This document shows positions 60,397-64,000 of a DNA stretch of 64,000 bases, in pieces. This DNA comes from Acidobacteriaceae bacterium (GTDB lineage: Bacteria > Acidobacteriota > Terriglobia > Terriglobales > Acidobacteriaceae), in NCBI GenBank assembly GCA_965277125.1, contig CBDIBU010000004.1, forward strand, positions 87,940 through 151,939. The letters are read 5' to 3'. Positions within the stretch are counted from its first letter, which is position 1, and the number at the start of each line of letters is the position of its first letter. The notes under the pieces are model-generated. The model had not been told where the DNA came from, ran no database searches, and saw only the letters and a list, made by a program, of their open reading frames with translations. Position numbers and translations under genes: made by a program.

Positions 60397-60506
60397 AGCA
60401 TTTCTCCTGATACTGTGCCGCTGTTCGACAGACGTGAAGGCCATTTTCCTTGAGAGAAAATGGCACGGACTCACGTGGCTTCCTCTACACCTTCAGGAGA
60501 AATGCT
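60397..60506 (+). other. 110-nt element bounded by perfect 14-bp inverted repeats with an internal 9-bp hairpin
   Basis: AGCATTTCTCCTGA (60397..60410) and TCAGGAGAAATGCT (60493..60506). Inner hairpin GCCATTTTC (60440..60448) - cttgaga - GAAAATGGC (60456..60464). Starts 1 nt after the L,D-transpeptidase stop. Confidence 0.5.
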
Positions 60507-60529
60507 ATAGCCCGAGACGCTGCGGAAAG

Positions 60530-60558
60530 AGACAGCCCTGCGCGGGGCAGGGCTGTCT
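60530..60558. terminator. bidirectional hairpin terminator between convergent L,D-transpeptidase gene and rpmA
   Basis: AGACAGCCCTG-cgcgggg-CAGGGCTGTCT with T-rich sequence following on both strands. Confidence 0.6.
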
Positions 60559-60583
60559 TTGGGTAGCGAGAGGTGCGGGGAAG

Positions 60584-60853
60584 TTACGCGGTAGCAGCTT
60601 CGGTGGGGACGATGGAGACGAACCGGCCGATCTGTCCGCGGTCCTGAAATTTGACGACGCCGTCGACCTTGGCGAACAGGGTGTCGTCCTTGCCGCGGCC
60701 TACATTGAGGCCGGGCTTGAGGGGGGTGCCGCGCTGACGGACGAGGATGGAGCCGCCGGTAACGGTTTCGCCGCCGAAGCGCTTGACGCCGAGCCGTTGT
60801 GCGTTGGAGTCGCGGCCGTTTTTGGAGGATCCTAGACCTTTTTTATGTGCCAT
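60584..60853 (-). CDS. rpmA: 50S ribosomal protein L27 (bL27)
   Basis: [29 protein letters not shown], the canonical L27 N-terminus. Confidence 0.95.
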   Translation of the reverse strand: MAHKKGLGSSKNGRDSNAQRLGVKRFGGETVTGGSILVRQRGTPLKPGLNVGRGKDDTLFAKVDGVVKFQDRGQIGRFVSIVPTEAATA

Positions 60854-60921
60854 TGCTGTGCCTCATGACGCGCCGCCCACGCCGGGACGTCTCACGCGTG
60901 CGAAATCGATGGAGTGGCGGC

Positions 60922-61254
60922 TTACTGGGCGTCCTGCTTGAAGGACTGGCCGTTGACCTGGATCTCGTTGATGCGGACCTCGACGAAGTTTTGTCGGTGC
61001 CCCTGCATCTTCTTGTACTGCTTTTTGCGCTTGAGCTTGAAGACGAGGATCTTTTCGCCGCGGCCTTCGCCGACGACAGTGCCGAGGACCTTGGCGCCGC
61101 CGAGCTCCTGCTCGAACTTGCCAGCTTCGGCGCTGACGGCGAGGACCTCGCCGAACTCGATGGCGCCGTTGTCGTGCGCGGCGGTCTCGATGCGGAGGGT
61201 CTCGCCCGGCTGAACCCGGTACTGCTTGCCACCTGTGCGAATCACTGCGTACAT
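60922..61254 (-). CDS. rplU: 50S ribosomal protein L21 (bL21)
   Basis: ORF trimmed to [23 protein letters not shown]...[14 protein letters not shown]. Canonical L21, upstream of rpmA. Confidence 0.95.
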   Translation of the reverse strand: MYAVIRTGGKQYRVQPGETLRIETAAHDNGAIEFGEVLAVSAEAGKFEQELGGAKVLGTVVGEGRGEKILVFKLKRKKQYKKMQGHRQNFVEVRINEIQVNGQSFKQDAQ

Positions 61255-61490
61255 GCTGCTTGCCTCTTCAGGAAGCCGCGCCGGATGTGGGCTGCGGATC
61301 GCTGATTCTGTTCGGGATGTCGTGTGGGCGCCCTGGTGTTGCCCGGAGATCGCGGACGGCTTGGGCCGGGGTGCGATGCCTGTCCGCTCCGGTGAGGGAG
61401 AGTTCAGCGCCAAACCTAGTAAGTGTACCCGCGGGGGCCGGGTGGGTCAACGGCCGAGCGTGAGGCTGGTGAGGTTTGGTCTCGATCGTC

Positions 61491-61511
61491 GATCCTGCCA
61501 AGGGCAGGATC
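61491..61511. promoter_or_regulatory. perfect 9-3-9 palindrome in divergent intergenic region
   Basis: GATCCTGCC-aag-GGCAGGATC between rplU (minus strand) and the membrane-protein gene at 61600 (plus strand). Could be an operator or a hairpin. Confidence 0.3.
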
Positions 61512-61599
61512 TGATCCGATCACTTCCGAGAGTGCGACGTGTCGGTTATCGATCAATCATCCTGAAGGCAATCGGAGACAGCATCTACTATTGGCATCC

Positions 61600-62160
61600 A
61601 TGGAAATCGATCAGGCGAAGAGAGATGTTCGCGAGGCTTTTCTTGGAGGATTCGCAGGCCAGCTTGTCTCGGCCGTGTTGTGGGGCATTTCAGCCGCCGC
61701 GTGCACCTGGCATTCTTTACATTCGGGAGAACTGATCCTTGTGTTCGGCGGATTCTTTATCTTTCCTCTGACCCAGTTGACCCTGCGAACCATGGGACAC
61801 ACCTACGCACTTCCAAAGGGCCATCCGATGAACGCGCTCGGTATTCAAGTGGCGTTCACCTTACCGCTGACATTGCCGCTCGTTCTTGGCATCGCATCGC
61901 TCAGACCTGCCTGGTTCTATCCAGCTTTCATGATCACATTGGGTGCTCACTACCTGCCGTTCGTGTTCATGTACGGCTTGTGGCAATTCACCGGACTGTG
62001 CGCACTCTTGGTGACTGCTGACCTCACACTTGCCATGTACGTGCCAAGACCCCTGAGCCTTGGAGCTTGGCTCACAGCGGCAATCCTGTTTGTGTTTGCC
62101 TTCATCGGGCTACACGCTGCACGGCACCGTGGTGGTCGCACGGAGAAGAGCCGAGGATAG
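61600..62160 (+). CDS. hypothetical membrane protein (about 5-6 TM)
   Basis: ORF trimmed to the ATG at 61600 (MEIDQAKRDVREAFLGGFAGQLVSAVLWGI...). Hydrophobic helices throughout. Lower GC than the backbone. Confidence 0.6.
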   Translation: MEIDQAKRDVREAFLGGFAGQLVSAVLWGISAAACTWHSLHSGELILVFGGFFIFPLTQLTLRTMGHTYALPKGHPMNALGIQVAFTLPLTLPLVLGIASLRPAWFYPAFMITLGAHYLPFVFMYGLWQFTGLCALLVTADLTLAMYVPRPLSLGAWLTAAILFVFAFIGLHAARHRGGRTEKSRG

Positions 62161-62363
62161 GTCCTTGTAAACGCCATTCTCTCACTTACTTCCGACTTCT
62201 TGAATCGAAATCCGCACCAACGATGAGCCGCGTCCTGATCACCCCTCACGAGAGTCGTCACAAAACTCCACTGTTGAAAATAGAGAAAAGCCAACCGTGT
62301 CGCTCTAAGCGGGGGCGGAGTGCGAGATCGCTCTGCCATGCCGATTTCTATGGACTCGCTGAG

Positions 62364-63215
62364 TTAACGATTGCTTGCTGCCGATATGCAGGAATCCCCT
62401 TGCACCCGTGTCCATCTGGCAGGCCGCGGTGCCTGATTCGGCGCGGCGACAAGGAAGGCCCCATCGCGAGAGATCGCTGCGGTGAACGGGTGCGAACAAC
62501 ACATGGGAGTGTAGGCCCTGAGTTCGACCTCAATGCGACCCGGTTCGGTTACATTCACTTTCGCAATCTCTCCGAAGTGCTCCCTCGCTCGTTCGGGACG
62601 GTGGAGACCGTTTGCATACCGCATCCGTCCTGGAACCTGGATGTCATCGCCCCAGCCGGTAAAGGTTCCATCCTGTGCCTGGGCGATATGCAGGCAGTTG
62701 TTCATCAGGCTATCGCGTTCGAACCATGTGCCTACGAAAAGATTCTTCTGAGGTCCTGTGGGGCGCTTCAACGTATTTGCCTGATTCCGAAAAGCTGCAC
62801 GTTCAAAAGCGCCGGTCCAAACCCGAGCTGCCTCATTCCACGCAAGATCGACATGCACCTCCGGAACTCCGCTTTCCTGCCTCAGATCGATCCGCAGGCG
62901 CCGACCGTCCCAAGTCGCTCCTCCGTTCACAGACGTGGTAAAGAAGTTGAATCCGAGTGGTTTCACGTCCGAGCCCGAGCGCTGGTTCAGACCGATCTCG
63001 AAGTCTTCTAATCTTTGCGGAACGCCGATCAGATCCATGGCAGAGCTGGGAACCGTTGTTGAGACCAGGATATTCATGCCGATCTCCCCACCTTGGCCGT
63101 CCGAAGCTTCCCATCGACCAGCCAGATCCTGCGGAGGATACAGTTGCTGCGCGTCCAGAGCAGGGGTTGATCTGATTCCGAACAGGACGAAACACAAAAC
63201 AGGGCGTATCCGCAT
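62364..63215 (-). CDS. hypothetical secreted protein
   Basis: ORF 62364..63305 trimmed to MRIRPVLCFVLFGIRSTPALDAQQ (signal peptide). Protein-like composition, whereas the antisense ORF 62067..63011 is Cys/Arg-rich. Lower-GC island. Confidence 0.55.
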   Translation of the reverse strand: MRIRPVLCFVLFGIRSTPALDAQQLYPPQDLAGRWEASDGQGGEIGMNILVSTTVPSSAMDLIGVPQRLEDFEIGLNQRSGSDVKPLGFNFFTTSVNGGATWDGRRLRIDLRQESGVPEVHVDLAWNEAARVWTGAFERAAFRNQANTLKRPTGPQKNLFVGTWFERDSLMNNCLHIAQAQDGTFTGWGDDIQVPGRMRYANGLHRPERAREHFGEIAKVNVTEPGRIEVELRAYTPMCCSHPFTAAISRDGAFLVAAPNQAPRPARWTRVQGDSCISAASNR

Positions 63216-63421
63216 AACGCCTCCCACAACCCCAGCGTAGCTGGATTGATAGTTAGACCCCATATCTCGACCGATTGTTCCCGAATTCCTGCTCCTAAGA
63301 CTCACTCGTGAAGTTAGTCCGCAGAAACGCGCCTGGGGAAGCGATGAAATCTTGGCAGCTTAGTAATCGCATTGGCTGCGGGTCGACGCACGAGCGTGAG
63401 GGCGGCGGCAGGAATTAGGGG

Positions 63422-64000
63422 TTAGGAGAGCCATTTTAGGAGGCGGATGATGCCCATGGCGGCGGGGCGGGAGTGGGCGGAGACGGTGGCGGCGTTCGCT
63501 TCGAGCTCGCGGCGGCGCTCGGTGTAGAAGCGGTAGGCGCGGGTCATCATCTGCTGGTTGGTGAGGGTGGGGCGCCAGCCGAGGCGGGAGCGGATGCGGG
63601 TGGTGTCGAAGTTGGGGTTGGGGTTGGGGTTGGGGTTGGGGTTGGGGTTGGGGTGGCGGAGCCGGGGTGGGGCTGGGGAGTAGTACTTGGCGCGGGGCTG
63701 GGGTCGGCTTCGGGGGTAGCGATGGAGCGGAGGAGGCGCTCGCCCTCGAGTTTGGAGCGGCCGTAGAGCTCGATGGGGCGGGGCTCGTCGACTTCGGTGA
63801 CTTCGCGGCCGAAGTTTTCGGCCCAGAGGCAGTTGCTGGAGGTGAAGACGAGGGAGCGGGCGCCGTGGCGGCGGGCGGCCTCGGCGATGATGCGGGTGCC
63901 GTCGACGTTGGAGGACCAGAGATCGCGCTCGTCGATCTTCTCGTGCGCGAGCATGGCGGCGCAGTGCATGACGGAGACGATTGGCTCCCCGGCGGCGGTC
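63422..64000 (-). pseudogene. NAD-dependent epimerase/dehydratase remnant (5' end outside the window, centre replaced by G-rich low-complexity DNA)
   Basis: N-part, one frame: ...VMHCAAMLAHEK...LVFTSSNCLW...YGRSKLEGERLL (S...YxxxK). C-part, another frame: FDTTRIRSRLGWRPTLTNQQMM...LLKWLS with stop at 63422..63424. Only ~150 nt lie between them instead of the ~450 expected. Confidence 0.6.
63612..63653 (+). repeat. (TTGGGG)7 hexanucleotide microsatellite
   Basis: Seven consecutive TTGGGG units. On the minus strand they read as (TP)n or (NP)n depending on frame. Confidence 0.95.

Noticed and set aside
62067-63011. 314-aa plus-strand ORF in the low-GC pocket.
   Set aside because: Its composition is Cys/Arg/His/Pro-rich and non-protein-like, and it is fully antisense to an ORF with a clear signal peptide. 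The minus-strand gene is preferred.
63612-63653. Telomere or linear-replicon end suggested by TTGGGG repeats.
   Set aside because: The tract is internal and flanked on both sides by halves of a bacterial epimerase gene. Nothing suggests a replicon terminus.

Overview
All calls were made by eye from the sequence and the ORF track; no searches were run. This is a high-GC bacterial chromosomal segment, roughly two-thirds G+C by eye. The protein sequences look Acidobacteriota/Terriglobia-like, which is inference only. The backbone is housekeeping. It includes five ribosomal-protein loci (rplM-rpsI, rpsB-tsf, rpmI-rplT, rpsU, rplU-rpmA), typA, gyrB, hisS, mutY, a RecQ-family helicase, a Y-family polymerase and Fe/Mn SOD. 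A GH15 glucoamylase sits next to a pentose-phosphate/glucose-entry cluster (tkt, rpiA, gnd-like, zwf, pgl, glk). There is also an outer-membrane biogenesis cluster (lptD, DsbA-like, SurA-like). I recognised no rRNA, tRNA, CRISPR, transposase, integrase or phage genes. Main points of interest, in window order: (1) a histidine kinase whose three-helix N-terminus resembles the plant/cyanobacterial ethylene-binding domain, with the Cys/His copper ligands conserved. (2) An AT-rich, acidic orphan ORF that appears translationally coupled between a circularly permuted ATP-grasp gene and its alpha-E partner. (3) A GTTC-N7-GTTC direct repeat inside the promoter spacer of the Y-family polymerase. (4) The strongest candidate system: an exosortase gene paired with a 54-aa substrate that is almost entirely signal peptide plus a PExPT/PEP-CTERM-like sorting signal. 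(5) A dispersed composite repeat family at three loci, made of a ~60-nt module with a covarying hairpin plus CGAnATGAC-type tandem arrays, which reshapes the ends of neighbouring genes. (6) Four apparently decayed genes in AT-richer pockets: an amber stop after a signal peptide, two frameshifts, and an internally deleted epimerase. (7) Two G-rich microsatellites, (TTGGGAG)n and (TTGGGG)7. (8) A 110-nt element bounded by perfect 14-bp inverted repeats.
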